DNA from: Antedon mediterranea
Taxonomy: Eukaryota; Animalia; Echinodermata
Assembly (NCBI RefSeq): GCF_964355755.1
Contig: NC_092674.1
Coordinates: forward strand, 23,560,001 to 23,624,000
DNA: 64,000 nt
Reading direction: 5' to 3'
Positions within the stretch are counted from its first letter, which is position 1, and each line of letters begins with the position of its first letter. This document shows positions 52,121 to 63,660 of this stretch, piece after piece. The notes below the pieces were generated by a model. The model was not told where the DNA came from. It saw only the letters and a program-made list of their open reading frames with translations, and did no database searches. The position numbers and the translations under genes were made by a program.

Positions 52121-53049
52121 ATTCAAATTCGCTCGTTAACACCACCAACATGTTCCTTATTTCAGGTTGTTAATGTTTTAGCGTAATACAGTTTCGAACA
52201 ACCAATTTAACCAAAAAATGACATCTCCATCAATAAATCAATTCAAATTAATATTTATTTATCATTATTGATTTTAAATTATAGTTATACAGAAGGATTT
52301 AAAAGATTATCAATATCATGTGATTAACAAAGTTAACAATGATTTTTCGTTATAAATTTTATATGATATGAAATGTGCGCTAACAATTACTGTATTATCA
52401 ATCGTAAGTTATAAATTACTTTTAAACATGCTGCTCGAAAACAATACACGAGTCACGCTTGATGCGAGGAATTCGATGTAAAAATCAATTAAGACATTTC
52501 TTGCAGCTGAGAGTTTACAGACTGTTCACACAACAAAACAACAGTACAAAGCAGTGCTTATATTTCTAGCCGTTTCTTTCCATACCGTACAATTTGTACA
52601 GTAAACTGGGCTAATTATGTGATACATTGTGACATATGTATCATATGTGACGCCTGTGTGTATGTATGTACATAAGATCTAACCTAACTTGTAAAATTAA
52701 TACAGGTTTTATGTACATTGCCTGTGATGACAATGGTTGTCATATTTGGAGATACAATTATACTATCACGGTAGCAGTTTACTGGAGCATTCTCTTATCT
52801 ATTAAGATTATGCAGCCTAGCCTTATTCAGATATTCATGTCTTGTAAATCATTCATTGTCTTCACTTCCCCATGGCTGGAACGCTAACCATAGTTTGCTA
52901 CGCAGTAGGCCTACGAAATGTTAAAGTACGCTATCTTTATCTTATTTTGTTTTGCTATAGAACGGTCTAAAATGCATTTACGAATGTACATGATAACCTA
53001 TACAATCATTTTGTCAGTATCACTTATCGTATCTTCATTTTGCAGAGAA

Positions 53050-53230
53050 TTATTATAAAAGAGCGCGTTACATGTTACTGTAGCAACTTTTCGTGTCGTT
53101 TGATTGGTTGTTTCACAGCTTGTCCATTTGAAACCGATCGATGATTGGTTGTTTGCGGTGTGTCGTCTCAAGTAAGCTGTGCTCTTGTCACTTCAAAGTG
53201 GTCTCTGAAATACGCATGCGCGTGAGGAGT
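53050..53230 (+). promoter_or_regulatory. Putative POU4 proximal promoter
   Basis: CpG-rich; two reverse CCAAT boxes (ATTGG at 53103 and 53144), NRF1-like CGCATGCGCG at 53213-53222, TATAAAAG at 53054. Confidence 0.55.
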
Positions 53231-53447
53231 ATTTCTTAGTGAATATATGAGAAGAAACAGATGCCCTTGTAAATATAGATCGAATTCTTTCCAAACGGGC
53301 TCAACGTCATTTACCTCACTAAGAAAGAATACACTTATCAGAGGAATTATTTTTTTTCGACTAAGCTCAAATCGACCGCTTTTTATAGTGTCTGTGACGG
53401 GATTTGGCAGCGCTTTTTTATGCTGAAGTCGAAGGAGCATTATTACG

Positions 53448-53561
53448 ATGCATACGATTCACCCCGGCCTAACTGCGACTCCGAAATACGCGCAACTTCA
53501 TCACCGACATGACCGCACTCAAGATTTCATGCGCAGACACTGTATGCCCAATCCGTCTTCG
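53448..53561 (+). CDS. POU4: POU4 (Brn3/acj6/unc-86 class) transcription factor, first coding exon MHTIHPGLTATPKYAQLHHRHDRTQDFMRRHCMPNPSS
   Basis: PKYxxLH and MRRxCMPNPS match the POU4 N-terminus (vertebrate KYxxLHS...MRRACLPTP, fly acj6 MRRCMPNPS). Phase-0 gtaagt donor sits directly after the motif. Synteny with OBI1 and SLC10A7 supports the call. The downstream exons were not found in this window. Confidence 0.85.
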
Positions 53562-53849
53562 GTAAGTTTTAGCTTTTTTTATATACTTAAGCTCCATATA
53601 ATTTGAAACTTTGCTATTGATGTTTATATATCAACAGCTTGTATCACCTGTCCCTATCGCATTATAATTCAAGTCATAGTTTAGGCCAAGTAAATCGTTC
53701 ATTTCAATTTTATATTGCCTCTGGACAAGCAATACAATTCATTACGGAAACCGTTAACTTTAATGCGTTTAAGTTAGTCTAGATGTGTGTGTAAATATAT
53801 AGTTCAAGTATAAAGAGAACAAGAAAGATTGCTTTAGTAGGTAAAACAT

Positions 53850-54060
53850 GTTCAGACACAAAATTGATGCGCGTACAAAAAGCGTTGCATGCATTATTAT
53901 CAACAGTTGAACGCGCGCGTTAGAAAGAATTACTTTTGTAGGTAAAGCATGTGCTGAAACAAAGTTGGTGCGCGTACAACAACCATTTCATTCTTTATCA
54001 AACGTTAAACGCGCGTACAAAAACCGTTACATTCTGCATCAAAAGTTGAACGCGCGTGTG
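53850..54060. repeat. Degenerate CpG-rich repeat (aaagttgaacgcgcgtacaa) in POU4 intron 1
   Basis: Five gcgcgt-containing units at about 40-bp spacing. Confidence 0.6.
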
Positions 54061-56034
54061 TCTATTCGTTGTATCACTTGAACGTGAACGTAAACAAACT
54101 TCTACTGATGTATTCATCAGGAAAGCCCCTAACGTTACCTCGTGCATATTTTATGAAGAGTATATTGTGCGCCTGATGTATTACGATTGACGAGACACAT
54201 ATCCTGGTCGATCGAACATTTTATCAACTATTCACTAGTAATTTTCATCAAACCTTCCACAACTCACTTTTAGCTCTTTAAACAAATTTGACGAAATTAC
54301 CATCTTTAAGGAAATATATTGTGAAATTTATTCTCTTTCTTTCGCAGTGAACTGCGTCATGTTTCGCGCACCCTGTCACAATAATATATGATATCAAAAT
54401 GTTAGTTAAAGGAAAGATTAGAGAAATGTATTTTATTGATATTTAATATAATTCAAACATATGAATCTAAATTAGATGGAGTGTGATTTGATATTAAATC
54501 GAACTAAACATAAATATTGTCGTATATTGCGAGGAAATAACTACCGTATATTTAGATCAATATCATAACATATGTTAGTATTTTATAGAATATTAGTTTA
54601 TTTAGAATTTATAAATGGAATTGATTTGAATATTATTTATCTGAAAACAAGAATGTATACTAGCTATCAGTTCATGAAAGTTGTAATAAAGTGTAATGTA
54701 ACTTAAATATGTGTAGGTCATTTATTAGGCTGTGAGCATACTAGAGATGATTAAAATTTAGTTTATGTTATTTGTGAATTGTTATTGTTGAATGGGGTTG
54801 TGTTTCATTTCATTTGCATATTGGGGACATACATGTCACGTGATGACACTGAAGTATTTTCGAAAGCTTGTGTGGTTATGTCCACCAAAATACTGTTGTA
54901 GGCCTACACTTACACTTACGGTTTTATGGGTGGTTTCTAGGCTGAATCCTTTTAAACCCCTTATTCCATATACTCATCCAGTCACTGGAAGGTTAAGTTG
55001 GTGCACTGTCCACTATATATAGCTATGATTCCGTCCCGATGATTTATTTTCGTTGCGAAACAATCTAAATACTTTATTATCTATTTTACTTGATTAATTT
55101 TTGGTTTGAAGATTTTCCAAGGGTGTCCTCTGGTAGCCTGTGTATGTATCTGAAAAAAGGATCTTTGTCGACATCCGAGTGAAACCAGCTCTCCACCATG
55201 CGAAAATGTTAACTATTTATGAGAGCTCAATCAAACATCAATAAAGTATAGATAATAATAAATATTTTTTCGGAATGTTACATTATGGCTATTAGATAGA
55301 CTTGGACTTGTGACTATTTCAAGATTATTTTAATGTAAAATTAGTATTATATTATATAAGGTTACAGGTGCCTTAACCATTGTAACACCATCTTAGTTTG
55401 ATTATAACAAATGCATCCGGGTCTCCATAACAATAGAATTATTGTTCCGCATACTTCTTAGGTAAACCTGAACATGTGACTTCTCGCTCGCAAGCCTTTA
55501 TTTACAGATGTTTTACTATTATACCACCATCTTAGCGCGTAAGATTAGAAACCAATTCTTATAGATATATTATATTTGTATATTTTACAATCCAACCAAC
55601 GTTGTATGAGTCATTTAATCAAAATGTTAACGTTCTCCATTTAAAGGTCTCCGACCGTGACTGTTTTAATTCAGCAATTACCAATGATAAAAATAAAATT
55701 TGTTATTCTGACCACGATTGCTTTAACCACATATTCTAAATGTGAAATACAGCAATGCACTTTTCCCTTCTCTCCATCTCCTTTGCACTGAACTTCTATC
55801 TATCTCAGAGGCGTGATACTAGCCTCCAAACTGACCTAGTTACCTTACTAATCTTAATAGGATGCGAATGAGAAAATTAACCGTTGATAATTTTCATTTG
55901 AATTCATTGAAAAAATTCATTAAATTTTGGATAAATGTTGTACTAACTTCCTGTAGTACGAAAGGAATTACTATTGTGTGTCATTTTTTTCTGAACTTTA
56001 GGTATTTTTGTGAAAAAAACCAACATTATATGAA

Positions 56035-56660
56035 ATGAGTACAAGTAGAGTGTGAGTGATATAGGAAAGACGTAATTATAGGGTTTGAGTGATATAGGAA
56101 ATGATTACAGGATAGCGTTTGAGCGAGAAAAAGAGTGAGTGATATAAGAAAAGAGTACAAGTAAAAGAGTGCGAGTGATATAGGAAAGAAGTAAGTATAG
56201 AGTTTGAGTAATATAGGAAAAGATTACATAGCCTTTGAGCGAGAAAAGGAGTGTGAGTGATATAAGAAAAGAGTACAAATAAAAGAATGCGAGTGACATA
56301 AGAAAAGAGTACAAATAAAAGAGTGCTAGTGATATAGAAAAAGAAGTAAGTATACAGTTTGAGTGATATAGGAAAAGCAAGTAAGAGAGTTCGAGTGATA
56401 TAAGGTAAGAGTACAACTAAAAAATTTGAGTGATATAGAAAAGGAGTACATGATAGCGTATGAGTGATAGAAAAGGTAAGTAAAAGAGTGCGAGTGAGAT
56501 AGAAAAGGAGTACAAGAACAAGAGTGTGAATGATATAGGAAAGGAGTACAAAGTAAAGGAGTGTGAGTGATTTGGAAAGGAGTACAAGAGTTCAAGTGTG
56601 GAAAGAAGTGCAATTACAAGAGTACGAGTGATATTGAAAAGGAGTAAACAAATGAGTGCG
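56035..56660. repeat. Degenerate purine-rich minisatellite (about 35-bp period, gagtgatataggaaa core)
   Basis: Repeated gagtgatata(g/a)gaaaa...gagtacaa units; source of the spurious ORFs at 56105-56613. Confidence 0.85.
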
Positions 56661-59600
56661 AATTAGAGTTAATGATGCATTCACACTAACGTTATTATTT
56701 TATCTGTGACGACGTGCGTACAAATTATTTAGAGAACTACGATATTGTTCACACATTATTTTGCTTACGGAAGTTAAAGAGGAAGGTTCTATTTTTGTCC
56801 TTTTCCTTATTATTAATTTCGTTTATATTTTAAGTGATTTAATTCGGACTAAAACCGCTAATCTCGTTATATGATAAAAGTTCACAGTCTAAAAGTATCA
56901 TTTTAATTCTCATTGCTCTGAGTGTGGAAGAATAAAAATAAGTGTTATTGACGCAAGGACCGGTCGTGTATAAAAACGCACAATAAACAAATATGAACAT
57001 GCTGTGTGTTTTCTATTCATTTAGAAATTTAGTGAACCACGGTGTTTTAAACAGTAAGCTTAGGCCGGATAAGACGATAATCAATAAGTTCTTATGCTTG
57101 AATTCAACAGCTAAAAAGCCTTTTATTCCTGGCTCGTTCACAATGAGTCCGATCTACAAGGTGATGACAAATAGAGAGGCCTACGATGATCATTAGATGT
57201 AAACAAGAAAAGCCCCCAGCTTTCGGCTTTCTTTATGTAAGATTCAGCTACTTTGAAAAAACAATTTGTAAACAGAACATTAGAAATTGGTGTCATGATA
57301 GACGGAAAAGCTTCAGTAGCGTGTAGGCCTTTAAATGTACTAGCAAGTAGGCCTATTTCCATTAAGAGTTAAAGCTATGCTTTGCGGTGGACTTTTATTA
57401 ATATCTCGCGCTTGACATCCTCTGAAGCACGTGGTAATAATATTTGGTAAAACATCAAAGATTAGGAAAGACAAATATAATGGTTTGACATTATAGAATA
57501 CCATTACGTAAAGACCAACCTTTGCGGTTAAGTCTAAGAATAGGTTTTAATTTATAGATGTATAAGTGTAATGACATATATTTTGATCTCATTCGTATAA
57601 CTTAACTCTAAATTGTTATTACCATTGACGTTTCCAGACATTCCCCATCCCCTTTATATTTAGTGAAATATAAATTGTTTAAAATCCCCATGTTTTGAAC
57701 CAATGTTCTAGATGAGCCTACAAAATAATCCATCAAACTATACGGGAGACATGTTGTATTGATGCTGTTCTTTGAGGGAACATAATCATTTAGTAGTAGG
57801 CCTAGGCCTAACAGTTGAACCATATTAAGGAGGCACCTTCGCCACCTTAAACGTCTGTTCATCGATAATACTCATTGTCACTAAGATGTTTAAGCTAATA
57901 AGATCAGTTTAAATTTAAATTCCATAATATAATAAAATTTCGATAAAATTTACACTTAATTTATTCGTTTATAACTGTTAAATATTCTTTATTGCCGATG
58001 CCTATAATATTATTAGTGCTATTTTCACCCACTCCTCCTCCCCTCTATTCGAACACGCCTGATAATATCTTAATATAATTAATAATAACCTATGATAATC
58101 ATGGTAGAATAGTATAGTAATAATAATAATTTGTTCGTGGATTAAACATCGACATACCACATCTGCGTGTATTTACATAACGCGTATATTTAAGACACCA
58201 GGGACCGGAACTCAACTGTAAATAAGAGGCTAATTTCTATCTAATTCTAATTAGTATCTTAGCTATTACTTGTGGAATACAATATAAAACACGAAGTATT
58301 AAGGTACTGTTGAGAAATTGACCAAGACAAGCTAAGCCACCGCGACATTCAACCTTGCTCGGCCGCTTCCGAGCATTGTTCGCGCATCGTCGCGCATTGA
58401 TTTTGAGCGCACCGTATCGAACCAGGTAGGGTCGCAATAAAGAAAAGAAAAATAGACATCTGATCTGTTAGTATTACAGCACTGCACTTAATTACGAAAT
58501 GATTGTAAGATCTATCGAGTTTGACAATATTGTCCTTGATTTCTATTGTCCATGGCATAATTACAGAGGCTTATAAACTTTATCCCCCAACCGTTACCAA
58601 ACAATTAAAGTAGGCATATTAAAACGTTCTTTGCTATTTATTATAGTTCTCCGTGTAATTAACAACTATTTTGAAATGTAGTGTTAAAAACCTTTTTGAG
58701 GTACACAATTTGTATTTTTTTAACACTTACATTGCGTAAAAACAACGAAATAAAAATTCAATAATGTATAAAATGAATATAAGAAATCATAAGAAAAAAA
58801 ACATGCATATCTATGAATTATCAGAGTGTCTGGATAAAATACAATTTTGAGATATTACAAAAACGCGTATTCAAAGTAAGGTTGGTTAGTGTACTATTTG
58901 TTTTTAGTTTGAATGAATTACAATAAGTTTGCCTAAACCGGAGCTGTAATAATTAGCAATAGGCCTATGCCTAAAATTAAATAATATTTCCGATAAAATT
59001 TAAAAAATGTTACACGAGAAGAATGATATATATAAAAAATAAGTTGAATGAATACATAATAGATAGAAGACATTAATGTTGAAAAATGAAGAAGAAAGAA
59101 CATGAAACTGAGAAATAGGCGAGTGTAAAAATAATTGAGTGAGTGAGAAAAATGAATAAATGAAAGAATGACTGGATGCGTGAATATAAATAATACAGAG
59201 GGTCTGTGATAGAAGAAATAATTAACAAAATAGAACTTTTGAAATGGATCAATATGAATAAAACAGAAAACGGCGTATCAACACGGACCAATAGACAAAC
59301 AGAAAGACTGATCTTCAGCAGGTGTATGCATTAAGTTCATTGACCTTCGCCCTAGATCCTCCGATGCATAACTTTATTATTATCTGTAAAAAATATCACA
59401 AAGAGTCCCAACCTTGTAGTTTGACAATTAGGAGGCAATTAATTTTGTGCGATTTTTGCTTCCAAATAGAAAGCGCGTACACGAGAATAAGTTCATGATT
59501 TGGATATACTGAGTGACACATAAAATGCCAGATAGCATTTCATTTACGTAAATTATTTATTGAAGATGTCACGTTTTTGTGATGGGATGTTTCTTAATAA

Positions 59601-60644
59601 CGTTTGATAGTTGTTTATTGCTTCCTACAATAAAATATTCTAATTGTCATTGTTTACACTTAATTTGTTTAAACCAAGGTGAAGATAATGTTTTCTGATT
59701 ATGCAAAACAATTTCTATTCAATTCTCGTTTATTTTTATAAGGTGTTATCATTTTTTTTTCCTTCCAATTCAAAATGTTCCATTACAAACCCTTAATCTT
59801 ATAAGTTTTCAATTATGTCATGGTCACAATTTGTCCAATTATTTTGATATTTCAATAAAACCCCCATTAAGAGGACACCTTAAAATGGTACGGTATTCTT
59901 AATAGGTTTTCACCCTAAATAGGGGTGATTCTTGATGTTAAAACATACATTTGATTTGCCTTGATATTATAATAAGTAATTATATCTATCTAACATGACG
60001 TACCGTAACACAAACGTAACGTCCATAACTAATTGTACCAGACAGATACTAGTGATGCACTTTTTTACGTTTTACTTTACTGAACCGTATTGTACCTCTC
60101 TATTTACACGTTTACCAAATCTAGGACAGGAGTCCATTTTCTACAGCAACATACACGTTCATTATCACCTCTGTTTTCCTATTAAATTATAAATAGATAT
60201 GGTAACAATGGCAATCAAAAATAAATTGGCCGAATACACATGTAATTTGGTGATATAATGCCCCAATTAAACGCTCCTTTACAGTATGAAAATTTGATTA
60301 TTGATTGCTTTATTATTCATAATTTTCGCTGAGGTCATTTAGTGGTGTTGTATTTCCCGATTCTACCACACTTTACGCCTTGTACAACGAACATTGAACT
60401 TAATTATAATGTGATGCTTTTCGTTAATTACTCCGTGCTTATTGATTTCAAGTACATATCAATTTCAATTGTATCTCTATTCCTTTAAATTCATCTTACC
60501 TTTGAACATGTTTGGATAAAAAATTCAATAGATTCAATTAGTAAGTAAGTAATTTAGATTTAATTTATATGTCATTAGAACATGATATTTAATAAATAAT
60601 GAACAATTTTGCTTTTTGTTATTTTGTAGTCTATTATGTAATTG

Positions 60645-61683
60645 TATTATAGTTTGTGTGCAAACGGCGAAGTTTGGAAAATGATGTATTGTGTGCCAGT
60701 GTCACTTTTCACGATGCGCCACGTCACTGTTGAGTCTAAATGTCATTCTATGCATGCTTCTGAGTGTGCACCTAATGTCTTAAAATGGCTGGAAGTCAAT
60801 TTGAAAGGCAACCTTATTTTCTCGACCTGAGTTTAGCTGAATTATGGGATAACTTTAGTGTTCTTTTAAATATATATATATATTTTATACGCATCCAAAA
60901 CTGCAAGCAACTCGCCAATTACAGGATGGATGAAAGGGTTCTTCAGTGCGGAGAAACGGGGCAAAGTTTTAATCGTTTGGGCTCTACAACATCATTTACA
61001 AAAAACGTGTGATTGCTTTTTATCATGCCCTCCGGAATATTAGTGAGCATGATTATTTACACAAAAAATTATCGGGAAATTTGAAAATGGTTTTTAAATA
61101 TTAATGTTCTTGTTCAGGATTTGCGTGAACATTGTATCATTTCGTTTGAAGCAAAACGTGATAATCAGGTGTAGAATTTCTGGGTAATTTGATTATTGCG
61201 CTTGGCGGTATCGTTGGTGATTAGTGCGTTCAGAACAGAACGAAACACGTTTATTTAACACTTTCAAACTCGTAACCAGAATCAATTGCGACGGAAAAGT
61301 TCAAAACAATCTTGCTTGAAAGCTATAATGTCTATCTTGAGACGCATAGGCCGTCGCGCTCCACTTGCAAATTCTGAAATTGTGTCTCATTGGAAAATGT
61401 AAATGAACTGATTATGAGTCGCTTAATGGAGTTTACAAGGTGCAATTATGCTTTTCGTTGTATTACTTAGCTATATTATAGTTTGTGTGCAAACGGCGAA
61501 GTTTGGAAAATGATGTATTGTGTGCCAGTGTCACTTTTCACGATGCGCCACGTCACTGTTGAGTCTAAATGTCATTCTATGCATGCTTCTGAGTGTGCAC
61601 CTAATGTCTTAAAATGGCTGGAAGTCAATTTGAAAGGCAACCTTATTTTCTCGACCTGAGTTTAGCTGAATTATGGGATAACT
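60645..61683. repeat. 210-bp direct duplication (60645-60854 and 61474-61683)
   Basis: The two copies read as identical, offset by 829 bp. Confidence 0.92.
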
Positions 61684-62374
61684 AAGAGTAACTAACTAAG
61701 AGTGTAAGAGTAATATTGGAATAAGCCTAGGTTAAAGCGAGGTGAGATGATTCGCTATAGCCTAAAAGTTTCAATAATTATATGTAGCCTACGCCCTATG
61801 CAGATTAATTTTGGAAAAACTTCATACTCTAAACATGGCGATCTATGAAAGACGAATCCCACTACTTTCAAGATAATCCGCATACTTTTATATGTATATT
61901 ATATTATATGACATTATTATACTTATACTAAAAAAATAAGCATAAACTTTATAAACTTGAAAGCGGTTTATAAAATTGCATTGGTGTTACTACTAAGGAA
62001 TCATGTAACACTTGTTCTACTGCAGAAACTACATTTAGTTAACTCTTTGCAAAAGTACACAGTTTATTGCACTTATTTCAGCAAACAAAGTTACTGCAGT
62101 AACTGCAGTATAATTTTAAAAAAGATCCCGAACCTCAAATTAATTAGTTAATTAATGAGTTTACTATTGATGTAATAATAATACGCGTACATCATCTTGG
62201 AAATTAAAGCTAAACAATAATATCTTAAAATTAATGTAATTGTGTCTCCATTGATTCTATTAGGTCTAATTAATAACATTGCATATGTTGCTTCACATTC
62301 AATCATATTATATTAATTAATAACCGTAGTACAGTTATCCAGTGAAGATTACACGATTGTTGTTTTCGTAGAAT

Positions 62375-62480
62375 TGCTAGTAATGATGCAGTAAGCATAG
62401 CTAATGATGCAGTGGGCCTAGCAATGTAGGCCTAGCAATGACGCAATAGGCCTAGTAATGATGCGGTAGGCCTAGCAATC
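62375..62480. repeat. Short degenerate tandem repeat (gcctagcaatgatgcagtag)
   Basis: About 20-bp unit repeated 4-5 times. Confidence 0.6.
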
Positions 62481-62536
62481 AGCTTTACGTTGGTATTATA
62501 TTCATATATTTATTTCTAAAAATAAATTATAAGTTA

Positions 62537-62694
62537 CAGTAGAAACTCTATTAAGAGGATCTCTTGAAAGTATTGGGGTGTCCCTTGAATAGGGGTTGTT
62601 CGCATACATTTCCCCTTGTTAATTTCACATGCTTTTGTCCCCTTAATAGAGGTGTCCCCCAAATATTAGTGTCCCAAAGAAGGAGTTCTACTGT
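62537..62694. mobile_element. Tc1/mariner-type MITE
   Basis: cagtagaaactct ... ggagttctactg TIRs with ggggacac/gtcccct internal repeats; related degenerate copies at about 2725-3188, 18250-18500 and 20960-21150. Confidence 0.6.
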
Positions 62695-62956
62695 TCAATT
62701 ATAGTTTGAAGTGATATTACAATTGACTATTATTGAAATATAAGTGTTGTGTGATCGAATGATCCGAAAAGTCAAGATTCAGAAAAACATTATCCCTCCG
62801 GATTTCATGTGGTTATTTTGAATTAAGATAAATGTCATTCTGAGCAAAACATTTACACAATAATCAACGTAAGTTACAATTGAATTTTAGTACTGTGAAC
62901 AGTTTTGTTACTTCGACAAGTTTTCGTTACATTTATTATTGTTGTAAACTTACTTA

Positions 62957-63103
62957 AGCTCTGTCTACACTGTATGTGACAAATAAATGTGATGTGATAT
63001 ATGGACATAATGATGTCATATCACTACCATATTTAGGCATATCGTCGCCATATTTTGGGAACACTTTTTCTTGTTAAACTAGTTTGATAGTGTAGACAAA
63101 GCT
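62957..63103. mobile_element. AGCTCTGTCTACAC MITE copy
   Basis: TIRs agctctgtctacac and gtgtagacaaagct. Confidence 0.75.
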
Positions 63104-63240
63104 TTAAAGAGTTAACAAAATCGAACAAAGTATGGCAGATTAGTTGTAGGCCTATATGTAACATCAATAGACTGTTACCATGACCAAGGTGTCTGTAATT
63201 ATTATGTACACTTTTCATTTAATTTCACTTTAATAATAAC

Positions 63241-63660
63241 TTAAAGATGTATTGTCCGTCAAAAACCTGAAAAATAAAGATTAATAAAATCGTACTTTGT
63301 ATAGGCCATTTTGCAGTTTCAATTAAGTTATTCACTTCTGTAGAAAAAAAAATCTAACAAAAACACATTTCACTTATAAAAAGACAAAAGAAACGGTTAA
63401 TTTTAACCAAACAAGGTCAACAGCCATAAGTCGCGTGCTAAAACGCATAGTGATACCGGACCGACAGACAGACCGACAGACATAGTGAACTATAGAGTCG
63501 CGTCCACGCGACTAAAAACATGACGGACGATTTAGAAATGTTTTGCTTTAACTTACATTCTTTCAGGAAAATCCGATCCAGTTTTTGGTAAAAGTGAATA
63601 ATATAATTATATGGCATTAAAACGACATATTCAATTTTTTGGGGGAACAATATATCTTAA
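63241..63660. mobile_element. Kolobok-like MITE carrying a nested HINE-like insertion
   Basis: ttaaagatgtattgtcc ... gggaacaatatatcttaa. Confidence 0.7.
63410..63518 (+). mobile_element. Short HINE/DINE-1-like element nested in a Kolobok-like MITE
   Basis: aacaagg...agtcgcgtgc...(gacc/gaca)n...agtcgcgtccacgcgactaaaaa. Confidence 0.7.

Noticed and set aside
53168-53440. 90-aa minus-strand ORF
   Set aside because: Antisense to the POU4 promoter and 5' UTR with no recognisable homology; the plus-strand POU4 reading explains the region.
54332-54400. Strong acceptor tctttctttcgcag as POU4 exon 2
   Set aside because: Immediately followed by TGA in phase 0, with no POU4 similarity.
56105-56613. 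Hydrophobic ORFs as membrane proteins
   Set aside because: Translations of the pyrimidine strand of a minisatellite.
60653-60840. Duplicated segment as POU4 exon 2
   Set aside because: The phase-0 reading hits a stop and lacks the LLARAEALAA or POU motifs.
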